From NCBI RefSeq assembly GCF_009914755.1, contig NC_060926.1: a stretch of 64,000 nt of DNA; one strand, 5' to 3'. This document shows positions 14,941 to 28,764 of this stretch, piece by piece. The stretch comes from the human T2T-CHM13v2.0 reference genome, Homo sapiens. Each line of letters starts with the position of its first letter. Within the stretch, counting starts at the first letter, position 1. The translations under genes and the position numbers were made by a program. Under the pieces are notes generated by a model. It was not told the origin of the DNA, made no database searches, and saw only the letters and a program-made list of their open reading frames with translations.

Positions 14941-15220
14941 TCAATAAACTTGATGCCAATACTTGGTAAGAATACTGTAATTAAAAAATATAGACAGATC
15001 AATTTCTCTCATTCATAAGGAAAGATGTAGAACAAAGAACATGAACCATGAACCTAAATAAATTATTAGTGAACCAAGTTCTATATATAACAAAGGTGAT
15101 ACAACATAAGCCAGTTGATTTCACTGCAAGAATGCAAAATTGGTATAACATTCAAACGTCAGTAAATCTCCACCACATTAACAGAATTAAAACGAAAAAT
15201 TATATCATCATCCCAATAGA

Positions 15221-15805
15221 TGTTGCAGCAGGGCAAATAATATCCCCATCCCCCAGTGATGTCTACATCCAATCTCCAGGACCTGTCAATGTGTTACCTT
15301 ATATAGCAAAATGACATTGCAAATGTGGTCAAGGTTATGGAGCTTGAGATGGGGAGACAATCCCAGATTACCCAGATGGGTTCATTCTTGTATCATGAAT
15401 TCCTAAAGGTAAAGAATCTTTTTCAGCTGTGGTCAGAGAGATGCAATGTGAGAAAAATTGCCCACCTTTACTGGTTTTAAAGATTGATAAAGGGGACTGT
15501 AGGCTGAGAAGTGCAGTAGTCTTTAGAAGCTAGAAGTCACCCTCAGCTTATAGGCAGCAAGAAAATGGAGACCTCAGTCATACAACTACAAGGAACTGAA
15601 TCCTGCCAACAACTGAAATAAGCAAGGAAAATGGTTCTGCCTTAGAACCTTCCATTATGAAGGCAGCTCTGAGGATACCTTGATTTTAACCCAGTAAGAC
15701 CTGTGCCAGACTTATGACCTATAAATCTGTAAAGTAATAAATTTGTATTGTTTTAAGTGACTAAGTTTGTGGCAATTTTTATGTCAGAAATGAGAAACTA
15801 TTACA
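15221..15805 (+). mobile_element. MLT1 (MLT1D/E-like) MaLR solo LTR inside L1
   Basis: TGTTACCTTATATAGCAAAA, TTGAGATGGGGAGA, AAGGAACTGAATCCTGCCAACAAC, end AATAAATTTGTATTGTTTTAAG...GAAACTATTACA. Confidence 0.85.
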
Positions 15806-16485
15806 AATATGTAAAAGGTATTTGATAAATTTTAATATCTATGCATAATTTTTAAAATTGCTTGCAAAATAATAATATGAAAGATAATCTTTAATCTGAT
15901 ATAAGATGTCTACTGAAAAAAAAACTGTATAAGCATCCCACTTAATGGTAAAATACTGAAAGCATTCTCCCTGGGATGAGAAATGAGACAAAGGAGTGCA
16001 ATATTATGACTTATATCCAATAGCATTCTGGAGGTTCTAGTCAGTAACAAAAGCCAAGCAAGAGAAGTAAAATTTATAAAGGACTGGAGAGAAAGAATAA
16101 GATAGATAAAATTATTGTGAATGCAACATTTTAAAAGAATCTCAGGAAAACTACTAAAATTAAAAATTGAAGTTAGAAATTTTACTGGATATAAAGTCAG
16201 TATAAAATAATTGTATTTTCACATATCAGCAAGAAAGGTTAGAAAATAACATTTTTAAAGTGATACCTTTTTGAAAGAAACAAAAATTTCAATACCTATG
16301 AATTATCCCTTGTAAGATACGTAATACATCTACACATAAAACTATAAATATTTATTCAGGTGTATTGAAAAAGACCTAAATGAAGTCGTTGGATTTTCCC
16401 AAAATTACCTATACAGTCAATTTTATATACTAATTTCAAATTTTATGTAAATACGTATAGGTCCAAAGGTAAAAATACAAGCTTA

Positions 16486-16796
<311 letters not shown>

Positions 16797-17394
16797 GAAC
16801 CAACTGAGCATGTACTGTACTGATTATCAAAATGTATAGTACAGCTAGAGTAATTAGGATAGTATGCTATTGTTACAAGAATGGAAAAATAAGCCAGAAT
16901 AACAAGATGGGCATAAGAGAAATTGAAACATACACACTGGACCCCTGAATTATGATAAAAATGACACTTCAATCATTGGAAAAGGGACAGTGTTTTCAAT
17001 AAATGATACTGGGTAAATTAGAAATCTATGATTTAAAAAAACTTGGCTCAACTTATATCATCAAACATTAATTTCAGGTATATGATGCATGTAAGTGTAA
17101 AACTTAATCAATAAAACTTCTGGAAAAATGCCTTCACAAGCTTGTGTAAATGGAAGCCAGGTTGAATAATATCATTCAGAGTATAGTCTCTGACCACAGT
17201 GAATGAGAAATCAATAAAAATAAGATCACAAGGATAGTAAGCAACACACTATTTTAAATTTTTCACAGTTATCATTATAAGAGAAATTACATTTTAAACT
17301 TAAAGATAAGAAAAATAAAACATAAAATTTGTGGGATGCAACAAAGCAGTATTTAGAGAGAATTTTTATTTAATTGCTTGTATTGGAACTAAAT

Positions 17395-17712
17395 GTCACG
17401 AGAGGATGGGAAGGCAAGTGGAGAGAGCATGAAAAGAAGTTGGTTAATGGGTACAAAAATACAGTTAGATAAAAGGAATAACTTCTAGTGTTTGATAGTA
17501 CTGTGGGGAAATTATAGTCAACAGCAATATATTAAATATTTCAAAATAGCTAGAAGAGAATTGTAATGCTCCCAACACGAAGAAAAAATACATGTTTGAG
17601 GTGATGGGTATCCCAATTGTGCTGATTTGATCAGTACATGTTGTATACATGTATCAAAGTATCATACATACTCCCAAAATATGTACAACTGTGATATATC
17701 AATTTTTTAAAA
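17395..17712 (+). mobile_element. L1MA-type 3' end
   Basis: GGTTAATGGGTACAAAAATACAGTTAGATA, TTTCAAAATAGCTAGAAGAG, TTTGAGGTGATGGGTATCCCAATT. Confidence 0.8.
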
Positions 17713-17715
17713 TAC

Positions 17716-18047
17716 AGTCTGGGCGTGGTGGCCCACACCTGTAATCCCAGCACTTTAGAAGGCTGAGGTGGGAGGATCGCTTGAGCCCCGAAATTTGAGA
17801 CCAGCCTGGGAAACATGGCGAGACCCTGCCTCTACAAATAATTTTTAAAATTAGCTGAATGTGGTGGTATGCACACGTGGTCACAGCTACTTGGGAGGCT
17901 GAAGCAGGAGGACCACCTGAGCCCAGGAGGTCAATGCTGCAATGAGCCTTGATTGGGTCACTACACTCCAGCCTAAGTGACAGAATGAGACCCTGTCTCA
18001 AGAAAAACAACAACAACAACAACAAAAAAAAAAAACAAAACAAGAAA
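17716..18047 (+). mobile_element. AluJ with (CAA)n/A tail
   Basis: GGAGGATCGCTTGAGCCC, GAGCCCAGGAGGTCAATGCTGCA, GAGACCCTGTCTC. Confidence 0.9.
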
Positions 18048-18049
18048 CG

Positions 18050-20040
18050 AATGTCTACCATCCAATAAAAAAGTACAAGCTGGGCCAAGAAGCAAGAAAA
18101 TATGACTTATAACCAAGAAAAGTATTACTCAAAAGAAAAAATAAGTGGAAATGACATAGAAAATACAACCAGCAAAAAGATCTTTAAACAGCCAGTATGT
18201 GAATATTTAAGTATTTAATGAAGAGAGAAATTAGTCAAAAACAATGAAACTTCTTGACATATGCAAAATGAAAACTTAACTGTTGGAGACTAAATGCAGA
18301 TTAAATCATAAGAAAAAATTGTGAATCTAATGACATAATAGACTTTTTCAAAACATAAATACAGAAAGGAAAAGATTGAAAAGATTATTGAATAGCATCT
18401 CAGTGACATATGAAACATTCAGTGACATACGATAAATGAATAAGCAGTATAATAGCCATGTATCTTAATATTTTATATACCATATAAACATTAATTAAAT
18501 ATTAAAGAAGTATTGGATAGAAATTTTTGAAGTTTACTGAAAATTACAAATGCAAAGAATCAAGATCATAAACCCCAAAGGAGGATAAATATCACAGAAC
18601 ACACAAACACATAAACTGCATACTAAGAAATATCATAATTAAATAACTGATAAAGAAAAATTATAAAAGCAGCCATTAAAAAAATTACACATTGCATTGA
18701 GGAAACAATAGTGACTGCAGTCTTCTCATCAGAAAATATGTAAGCCTGAAGACAATGGAAATATATCATTAAAGTGCTGAAAGAAAAAGGAAACTGTCAT
18801 CTTAAAAGTTATTACCAATGAAATTGTAATTTAAAATAAAAGGCAAAGTAAAAATGTAGACAATAAATTTCTGAGAAAATTTGTTACCTGTAGACCTGAA
18901 ATACAAGAATATTGGATTAGGTAACTACGTAGGTAAATATAAAGGACAGTACAAATGTATTTTTTTGTCTGTAACTCTTTGCTCTCCTTTCTAATTTGAA
19001 AAGAACTTCAAAAGCAGTAATTATAAATCATGTTGATGGGAATACAATCTATAAAGATGTAATCTGAACAGCACTAATAGAACAAACGAGGGAGTACAAA
19101 ATGGTATTATACGGAAACAAAATTTTACTATACTGTTGAACTTAAAGTGGTATTAATATGAGCTATACTTCTATAAACTCAGATGTTGATTATAATACTA
19201 TTGTACTGGCACCCAGTAAAAATTAAAGGACAAATATACTAAAAGAAATGACTATAAAAAATGTCACACAGGCCAAGGACAGTGGCGCATGCCTGTAATC
19301 TCAACACTTTGGAAGGCTGAAGTGGAAGGAACACTTGAACCCAGGAGTTGAAGACCAGCCTGGACAACATAGAGAGACCCTCATTTCTAAAAAAAATAAT
19401 AATAAATAACCAGGCATGGTGGTGGGCACCTGTAGTCCCAGCTGCTTGGGAGGCTAAGGAAGGATGATAACTTGAGCCCAGTGTTTGAGGATGCAGTGAG
19501 CCATGATTGCACCAACACACTCCAGCCTGGGCGACAGAGCAAGATTCTGTCTGAAAACAAACAAACTAAAAAGAAATAGTAAACTATAAAATATCTACTT
19601 AACAAAAAAGAAGTCAGTAACAGAACAATAGAGTAACAAAAAAACGTGATATATAGAAAAAAATAGCATCATGTAGATATAGACCCTACCTTACCAGTAA
19701 TTATAATACATGTAAATGGATTAAACACTTCAAACAAAAGGCAGATATTGGCAAAATTGATGATAAAAATTGTTTGATAACGATGTACTGTGTACTAGAA
19801 AATTGCTACAACAGTACATATAGCTGTTTTCAATACCAAAAAATAGTAAGTATGTGAGATAGTGCATATATTAATCAGCTTGATTTAGCCATTCTACAAT
19901 GTATATGTATATCAGAATATTATGTTATACACCAAAAATATATACATTTTACTTATCAATTTAAAATTTAAAAATTTTTAAATTTTCCAAGAGAGAAACT
20001 TTGTATTTCAAAATTAATAAAACTAGAAATATAAATATAA
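18050..20040 (+). mobile_element. Old L1 (ORF1 region to start of ORF2), interrupted by AluJ and an L1MA-like 3' fragment (about 19770-19975)
   Basis: TTCTCATCAGAAAATATGTAAGCCTGAAGACAATGGAA, TAAAGTGCTGAAAGAAAAA, TGTAAATGGATTAAACACTTC. Confidence 0.7.
19271..19572 (+). mobile_element. AluJ
   Basis: CTTGAACCCAGGAGTTGAAGACCAGCCTGGACAACATAG, GCAGTGAGCCATGATTGCACC. Confidence 0.9.
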
Positions 20041-20044
20041 AATT

Positions 20045-22405
20045 AAAATCCTCAACAAACAATCCAAATCCAATAACAGATAACTAAGTTTTATTAATCA
20101 TCAGGAATGCAAAGTTGGTTCAATATGAGGATCAATCAATTATAATAAACTAATTTAATAAAATAAGGACAGAAGCCATATAATCATCTCAATTGATGCA
20201 GAAAAGGCATTTTCTGCATCAAAATTCAACACCCTTTTATGATAAAAATGCTTAACAAACCAGGATAGAAGGAAGCTTCCTCAACTGATAAGGAATATTC
20301 TTGAAAAACCCACAGCTAACATCATTCTTACTGATGAATAACTGAAGTATTTACTTTTAAGATCAGGAACAAGAAAAGTATGTACGCTCTCACTGCTTCT
20401 ATTCAACATTGTACTGAAAATTTGTAGTCAGGGCAATTAGGCAAGAAATAAAATAATAAAGACTTCCATATTAAATAGGAAGAAGTAAACTTATATCCAG
20501 TTGCTGACATGATTTTGAATGTAGAAAATACTAAGTATTTTTAAAAACCTATCGAAGCTTATAAATGAGTTCAGCCAGTTTGCAGAATACAAGATCAATC
20601 AAGTTGATAATTTCTATAAATTATCAAAAAACAATCCAGAAATAAAATTAAGAAAACTGATCCTTTTACTATAGCATCAAAAAGAATAAAATACTTAGGA
20701 ATAAATTTAACAAAAGAAGCATAAAGAAGTATAAGATTTGTATACTGAAAACATGGAAAAAATTAATAAAAACCTAAATAAATGGAAAGACACCATGTGT
20801 TTATGGATTAGAAGATTTAATTGTTAAAATAGCAATGCCCCCAAACCGATCTATAGATTCAATGCAATCTTTATCAAAGTTGCAACTTCCTTTTTGTGTT
20901 ATTGTCACAGAAATTGACTAGCTGATCCTAGAATTCATATGGAAATGCAAGGAACTTAAAGTGGCCAGAATAGCCTAGAAAAAGAACAAAGTTGGAGGAC
21001 TCACACTTCCTAATTCTAAAAGTTGCTCCAAAATTACAGTAATTAAAACAGTGTGCTGCTCCTATAAAAATAGACACATAGCTCAATGGAATAGAAATGA
21101 GAGTCCAGAAATAAACCCTCACAGTTTTGGTCAACTGATTTTAAAGAGTAGGCCATGACAAATCAATAGGGGAAAGAATCGTCTTCAACAAATGTTGGTG
21201 GGACAACTGGTTATCCACATGCAAAAGATGAAGTTGGACTCGTATCTCATATCTTATAAAAAGTAACTCAAAACGGACCAAGCACCTAAATGTACAAACT
21301 ATAAAACTCCTAGAAGAAAAAAGGTATACATCTTCATGACCTTAAATTAAGCAATATTATTTTAGAAATAACATCAAAAGTACAAGCAATCAAAGAAAAA
21401 AATGAATTAATTGGACTTTATAAAAATTGTAAAACTTTTGTTATAACGGAGAGAATCAAGAAAGTGAAAAAGGGAATTCATAGAATCAGAGAAAATATTT
21501 GCAAATCATATGTCTGATAAAGGATTAGTATCCAAAATGTGTAAAGAACACTAACGATAAAACTATAGATAATCTAATTTTTTAAATAGGCAAAGGATAG
21601 ACAATTTTTCACATAAAATATATAAGTGGCCAATAAGCACATGAAGACATGCTCAACATTATTAGTCATTATTAGTCATTAGGAATATACAAACCCAAAT
21701 CACAATAATATACCACTTCCCACTTACTAGAATAGCTATGATCAAACAAGACAATAACAAGTGTTGATGAGAATGTGGAGAAATTGACACCTTCATGCAT
21801 TGCTTATGGAAATGTAAAATGGTGTATCTGTTTTGGGAAAAGTTTTAGCAATTACTCAAATTGTTAAAAATATAATTAAAATATAACCCAGCAATATCAT
21901 GCCTAGGTATACACACAAAAGAATTGAGAATGTCCATAAAACTACTTGTATAGTACTGTGCTTAGCAGCACAATTCACAATAGCCCAAAAGTGGAAACCA
22001 CCCAAATGTGCATCAACTCTTTATCAACAGATAAACAGAAGTGTTATGGCCATGCAAAAGAACACGACTGAGTCATAAAAAAGGAATGAAGTACTTATGC
22101 TTGCTACAACATGAATGCGCCTTGAAAATATTATGCCAAGTAAAAGAAGTCAGTCATAAAGCGCTGCATGGTGTATGCTTCCATTGATATGACATGTCCA
22201 AAATAAGCCAATCCATAGAGACTGAGGAGAAGGAAGAATGGAAAGTGGACTGCTAATGGTTGTAGAGTTTCATCTTGTGGTGACAAAAATGTGGAAATTC
22301 GTGGCAATGGTTGTACCACTGTAAATATGCTAAACCTCACTGGATTGTACTCTTTATAAGAGTGAATTTTGTGATATCTGAATTATAACAAAATTGAAAA
22401 AGTAA
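20045..22405 (+). mobile_element. L1MB-type element, ORF2 3' half and 3' UTR
   Basis: CAGGAATGCAAAGTTGGTTCAA, AAAACCCACAGCTAACATCAT, GAGTCCAGAAATAAACCCTCAC; 3' end CTGCTAATGG...TTGTACTCTTTA..AGTGAATTTTGTGATATCTGAATTAT. Confidence 0.85.
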
Positions 22406-22409
22406 AACA

Positions 22410-22812
22410 TGAAAAAGATAAGCTATGTCAATCTTAACCAAAAGAAATCTGAAATTATTTTATTAATATTACACAAAGTAAACTTCAGAAAAGCAATATT
22501 ACCTGGAAAGGAGGGATAGTAACCATTTTACAGGGAACAATTCAGCAAGAAGACAGAAAATCCTACTTGCATATATATACTATTTTGGAGGTTCAAAATG
22601 CATGATGGAAAATCTAATAGAATGGAAAAGAAAAATGACAAATCTACAATTTTGGTCGGATATTTCAACACTCTTGCCTCCACTTATAAATGGAATAAAG
22701 CACAGGGGTTGGGCTGGAATAAAAAGAAAATATGTAAGAATATTGATACAAACAATATTAAGCAAATTTATACAACTGGCAGTTTTAAACACTCAACAGC
22801 AGTAGGTACATA
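22410..22812 (+). mobile_element. Old L1 ORF2 endonuclease-region fragment
   Basis: CACAAAGTAAACTTCAGA, GACAAATCTACAATTTTGGTCGGATATTTCAACACTCT. Confidence 0.6.
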
Positions 22813-22819
22813 TTGTTTC

Positions 22820-24420
22820 TTTACAGATTTATTGGGATATAATTTACACACCATAAAATTCACCTATTGTTAGTGTATAGTTTGACGCATTTTACTAGGT
22901 TTAGGTGATTGTGCCCCCATAACAATAATATGGTCTTAGAACACTAGGATGACCACAATAAGTTCTCTTATGAGGCTTATAGTGAATTGTTGCTCCCACT
23001 CTTAGGCCTCAGGCAACCAGTGATATCCATTTTGTTTCAACAGTTTAGCCTCTTTAAATTTCATACGAATGAATTCATTTAGTAAGTAGTCTTTTGCATC
23101 TGATTTCTCTAACTTAGTAAAATCTCTTGGAATTTTATCCCACTTGTTGCATGTATCAGTATTCTGTCCCTTAAATTGTGTGCATTATTCTAGTGTAGAA
23201 ATATATCACAAATTATTTATTCATTCACTACTTCATGGGCATTTTGATAAATTCCTATTTTCAGCTATTACGAATTGTGCTGCTATGAACATTGAGATGA
23301 ACAACTTGATGTAGACATATGTTTTCATTTATTTTGGGTAGATGGCTGGGAGTAGAATACTTAGGTCATATGGCAAGTGCATGTTTAAATTTTTAAGAAG
23401 CTTACTAACTGCTTCCTAGAGTAGATCGCTATGTCTTGAGTATGGCCCCTTAAGTTCATGTGTTGGGAACTTAATCTCCAATGCAACAGTGCAGAGAGGT
23501 CGGACCTTTAAGAGGTCATTAGCTCATGAAGGTTTTGCCCTCATGAATGAATTAATGCTGTTATTGCAGGAGTGGGTTAATTATCAAGAGGGTGGGTTCC
23601 TGATGAAAAAAGAGTTCAGCACCTCACCCTCCACCCCAACCCCTATGTGTGATATTGCCCTTCTGCTTTCTGGTAGAGAATGATGTGTCAGGAAGGCCCT
23701 CACCAGATGCAAGCCTCTCCACTTGGGACTTCTCAGACTCCGGAACTGTAAGCAATAAATCTTTCTTCTTTATAAATTACCCAGTCTCAGAAATTCTGTT
23801 ACAGTAGCACAAAACAGACTAAGATGTGGGTGTACAATCTTACACTCTTACCAGTGATGTATGAGAATTCCAGTTTTCTTCCCACCCATATCAGTACTTG
23901 ATATTGTCTCTCTCTCTCTCTCTTTTTTTTTTTTTTGTAGCCTTTCTATTGTGTATGTTGTGGTATGTCATTGTGGTTTGAATTTGCATTTTCCTAATGG
24001 TTACTGATATTAACACCTTTTTTGTTCTTAACAGCCTTTACTATATCTTCTGTGGTAAAGTGTCTTTTCAAATATTTTGCCTTTTGCAAGGGTAGGATGT
24101 GATGTTTATCTCTTTATTATTAAGTTTGAGAGTTCTTTATAATTTCTGGATACAAGTCTTTTATAGGACATAATGATTTGGAAGTATTTACTCCCAGTTT
24201 TTGGCTTGCCAATTTTTTTCTGAACGGAATCTTTTCGAGAGCAAAAGCTTTTAATATTAAAGATATCTATTTTTTTCCATTTTTGATAATCCTTTAGGTG
24301 ACATACCAAAGAAGTTTTTGCCTAATTTGAATCACAAATATTTTCTTCTATGTTTTTTCCTAGTTTTAAAACTTTATCTCTTATATTTGGGTATCTCACC
24401 CATTTTAAGTCAACTTTTGA
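22820..24420 (-). mobile_element. Antisense old L1 3' portion, interrupted by MST LTR
   Basis: T-rich; TTTATTGGGATATAATTTACACACCATAAAATTCACC, TGCTGCTATGAACATT, CATTGTGGTTTGAATTTGCATTTTCCTAATG. Confidence 0.8.
23427..23826 (+). mobile_element. MST (MSTC/D-like) MaLR solo LTR
   Basis: GTTCATGTGTTGGGAACTTAATCTCCAATGCAACAGTG, GAAGGCCCTCACCAGATGC, TTTATAAATTACCCAGTCTCAG...GCACAAAACAGACTAAGA. Confidence 0.88.
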
Positions 24421-24534
24421 TATACATTTTTAGGATCACATAGAATATTAGTCAAGATAGACCCTATGGCCATAAAACAAGCCTCAATACATATAAGAGA
24501 ATAAAAATCATATGAAATATGCTTTCTGCTACAA

Positions 24535-24730
24535 TTGAATTAAATTTATAATTTAAATTTTAATTTAATTTAATAAATATATTTATAATTTATATTTAAT
24601 TTATAATATAAATATATAATTATAATATAAATTTATAATTTAATTTAATTTATAATTTAAATTTAAATTATAGAATATATATTCTAAACCAATATATAAT
24701 CTAAACAAATATATAAAATTTTATTTATTT
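24535..24730. repeat. AT-rich low-complexity tract
   Basis: Almost pure A/T with recurring AATTTAT/TAATTT units. Confidence 0.85.
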
Positions 24731-25216
24731 ATTATGGGAATTGGCTCATATGATCACAGAGGCCAAAAAATCCCATGGTCTGTCATCTGCAAGCTGGAGA
24801 ACAAGGAAAGCAAGTGTTGTAATTTAGTCCCAGTCTGAAGGTCTGAAAACCAGGAAAGCTGATGGTGTAATTTCCAGTTGAGCACAAAGGCTTAAGAACC
24901 ACAAAAGGGGGCACTGATTTAAGTCCCAGAACATGTATCTTTGAAGGCAGAACAAGGTGAATGTCCCTGCTGAAGAAGAGAAAGTGAATTTGTGCTTTCT
25001 CTACCTTTTTGTGTATTCGGGTCCTTAATGTATTAGATAATGACCATCCACCTTGGTGAAGGTGATCTTCTTTACTCAATTCATCAATTCAAATGGTAGT
25101 CTCTTTTGGAAATATTCTTACAGACATTTAAAACATCAAAAACATTAGAAATGTTTTTTCTAGCATTCTGGGCATCCCTTACCCCAGTCAGGTTGACACA
25201 TAAATTAACCATCACA
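24725..25216 (-). mobile_element. MLT2 (ERVL) LTR
   Basis: GGAATTGGCTCATATGAT, CATCTGCAAGCTGGAGA, terminal CAGTCAGGTTGACACATAAATTAACCATCACA. Confidence 0.85.
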
Positions 25217-25434
25217 GTTAGCGTATTTCAAATGTACATGTATATTCAAATTAAATAATCACAAAGGAATAATAATAAATTTTGAAGTAAATTATAATGA
25301 AAACACAGCATATCAAAATTTGGGAAATGTAGATAATGCAGTGCCTACAGAAAAATGTATCATTTTAATGCTTATATTATGAGGAGAAAACCTAACTCAA
25401 TGATTTATCCTAATATATAAGCCAAAGTAGAAGT

Positions 25435-27875
25435 ATGAGAAGAAATTAAGTAATATTTTGAACTAAATAAAATGAAAATATAACCTATCAAACTTGTGGA
25501 ATGCAGCAAAAGCAGGGTCTAGAGGTCAAAAAGTTAAAATCATATGATCACATCAATAAGTGTAGAAAAATATTTGAGAAAATCAAGCCTCCATTCATTT
25601 TTATCATTAGAAAACTAGGAATAAAAAGACATTTTCACTACCTGATAAAGAACAACTACAAGTAACCTACATCTAGCATTATATTTAACAGAGAGAAACT
25701 AGATACTTCCCCCTAAGACTGGAAACAAGGTAGGGATATCCTTCTCATCTCTCCTATTAACATCTTAATAAAAGTCCTAGCTAATGCAATAAGACAAGAA
25801 AAGTAAATTAAAACTCACAGATTAGAAAGGTAGAAAAAAATTATCCTTATTTGCAGGTAACATGTTCGTCTATGTAGAAAATTCCAAAGAATGAACAAAC
25901 AACAATAAAACTTCTGGAACTATTAAGAGATAATAGCAAGATTGCAGGTAACAAGGTGAATATACAAAAATCAATCGCATTATTATACACCAGCAATGGG
26001 CAATTGAAATTAAAAATTAAAAACATAATACCATTTACATTAACACCAAAAAGCTGAAATATTTAGGTTTAAATTAACAAATTATGTACAAGATATATAT
26101 GAGAATAACTATAAAACCCTGATGAAAGAAATCAAAGATCTAAATAAATGAATGTGGGAAGGCTCAATATTGTCAATATCTCAGTTCTTCTCAACTTGAT
26201 ATGTAAATTAAATGCAATCTCAATCAAAATCTCAGCAAGTTACTTTGTGGATATCTACAAACTTATCCTACAGTGATATGGAAAAGAGAACCAGAATGTC
26301 CAACACAATGTGTAAGTAGAAGAACAAGTTAGAGGACTGACACTATCCAATATTAATATTTACTATAAAACTATAGTAATGAAGACAGTGCAGTACTGGC
26401 AAAAACAAACAAACCAAAACAGACAAATAGACCAATAGAACAGAATAGAAAATGCAGAAATAGACCTGCACAAATATAGTAAATTGATCTTTGACAAAGA
26501 AAGAAAGGCAATACAATGGAGAGAAGATAATTTTTTCAACAAATGATGCTTAAACAATTGGACATGTGAAAGCAAAAAAATGAATCTAGATGCTAATCTT
26601 ACCTCTTCCACAAAAATTAACTCAAAATTAATTATAGGCCTAAATGTAAAACACAAAGCAATTAAACTTTAATAGATAACATAAGAGAAAATCCTTGTGA
26701 CCTTGTACTTGGTAATGAGTTTTTAGATACAAAACTAAAAGACAATCTATGAAAAACAAATTAATAAATTGGACTTCATTAAGATTAAAAAGCTCTTCTC
26801 TGTGAATATCACTATTAAGAAGATGAAAAGGTAAGCCACAGATCTGGAGAAAACATTTGTGAAACACATATTCGATAAAGGACTTGAATACAAAATATAA
26901 AGAAACTCTTGAAACTCAACAATAAGAAAATATGTAATTTAAAAAATGGGTAAAATATTTGAATAACTACTATACCAAGGAACATATACAGGCAGCAAAT
27001 AAGCATATAAGGTGATGCTCAAAATTATATGTTACTAGGAAACTGCAAATTCAAACAACGAGATACCACTAATGCCTACTAGAACAGGTAAAATTCAAAC
27101 ACTGACAACAGCAAATGCTCTTGAGGACATGAAACAAAAGGAATTTTAATTCATCACCAGAGGAAAGGTGCAGCCACTTTGGAAGACAGTTTGGCAGTTT
27201 CTTACAAAGCTAAACATAATCTACCCTACAATCCAGAAATTGTGCTTCAGGTATTTACCCAAATGGGTTGAAAACTTATGTCAGCACAAAAACCTGAACA
27301 TGAATGTTTACAGCAACTTTGTGCTTGCCAAAATTAGAAGCAAATAAAATGTACTTCAATAGCTGAATGGATAAACAAACTATGGGACATTTATACAATG
27401 GAATAACATTTAGTGATAAAATGAGCTATCAAGCCATGAAAGGGTATGAGGAATCTTAAATATTTACTGTTAAATGAAAGAAGAAAAGCTATATACCACA
27501 TAATTTCAACTATATAACATTTGTGGGGTATTGAAAGACTGTAGGGAGGAATAAATGGAGTACAGTGTATTTTTTAAGGCAGTGAAAATATCTTGTATAA
27601 TACCACAATGATGGGCACATGACACTATATATCTGGCAATACCCACAAAACTGTACAATACCAAGAGTGAACCATAATATAAATTGTGAGCTTTAATTAA
27701 TAATAATGCCTCAATATTGGTTCCTCAATTTTAACAAAGGTACGTCACCCATGCAAGATGCAAATAGTAGGAGAAACCATGGGCAGGGGAAAGGAAATGT
27801 ATGGAAACTCTCTGTACTTTCTGTTCTGTTTTTCTTTAAATGTAAAACTGCTTTAAGAAATAAAGCTTATTAATA
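25435..27875 (+). mobile_element. L1MC-type element, ORF2 remnants and 3' UTR
   Basis: GACCAATAGAACAGAATAGA, CAGCCACTTTGGAAGACAGTTTGGCAGTTTCTTACAAAGCTAAAC; 3' end CAAGAGTGAACC...CTCTCTGTACTTTCTG...TAAAACTGCTTTAAGAAATAAAG. Confidence 0.85.
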
Positions 27876-27899
27876 ATGTATATATTTTTCAAAAACTTC

Positions 27900-28760
27900 A
27901 AAAAATCTAATTAAATAGAGATCTATACCATGTTCATTGATTGGAAGACTCAATATTTTTAAGACAGCAATTCTGCCAAAATTGATCTACAGACCTGAGA
28001 AAATTCCAAAGAAAACATAATTTTTACTTAAATTGACAAGTTGACATCAATATTTGTATGGAAATGCAAAAGACTACAAGAGCCAAAAGAAATTTGTAAA
28101 AGAAGAATAAGATTGTATTACTTGCCATGTCTGATTATAAGATTTACCATAAAGCTAGAGTAATCAAAATAATGTGAAATTGTCATAAGAATCAATGACA
28201 TGGCAGAGTTCAGGAACAGACCTATATATATATGACCAATTGATTTCTGACAAAGATGTTATGGTCATTCAATGAAGAAAGGATGGTCTTTTCACAAAAT
28301 AATTCTGGAACAACTGATATCTATATGGAAAAAAATAATCAGTAATACCTTATATCATATCTACTAATTTGAAATAGATCATAGAAATTAAAACTATCAA
28401 ATTTCTAGAAGAGAACAGAAAAAAAGTAGCCCTGGAGTAAATGAAAGATTTCTTAGATATGACCAAAAAAAACACAAAGCATAAAAAGAAAATTTGATTG
28501 AGGAAATAGGGCTTTATCAAAATTAAAGGAGTTCGCACTTCCAAAAGATGACATTTAGAAAATGAAATGCAAACAAAAAATTGGAGGAAAATATTATCAA
28601 AATATATTCCTTATATATTCCTTGTATATTGGAAGATACACAACCCAATTAAAAATTAGCAAAATATTAGAACAGACACTTCACAACACAAAATCTGATG
28701 CAAGAATAACCAACAAGAACACAGAGACATATTGGCATCATTGGTCATCAAGGAAATTTG
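27900..28760 (+). mobile_element. Old L1 ORF2 fragment
   Basis: CCATGTTCATTGATTGGAAGACTCAATATT, CAATTGATTTCTGACAAAGATG. Confidence 0.7.
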
Positions 28761-28764
28761 GTTC

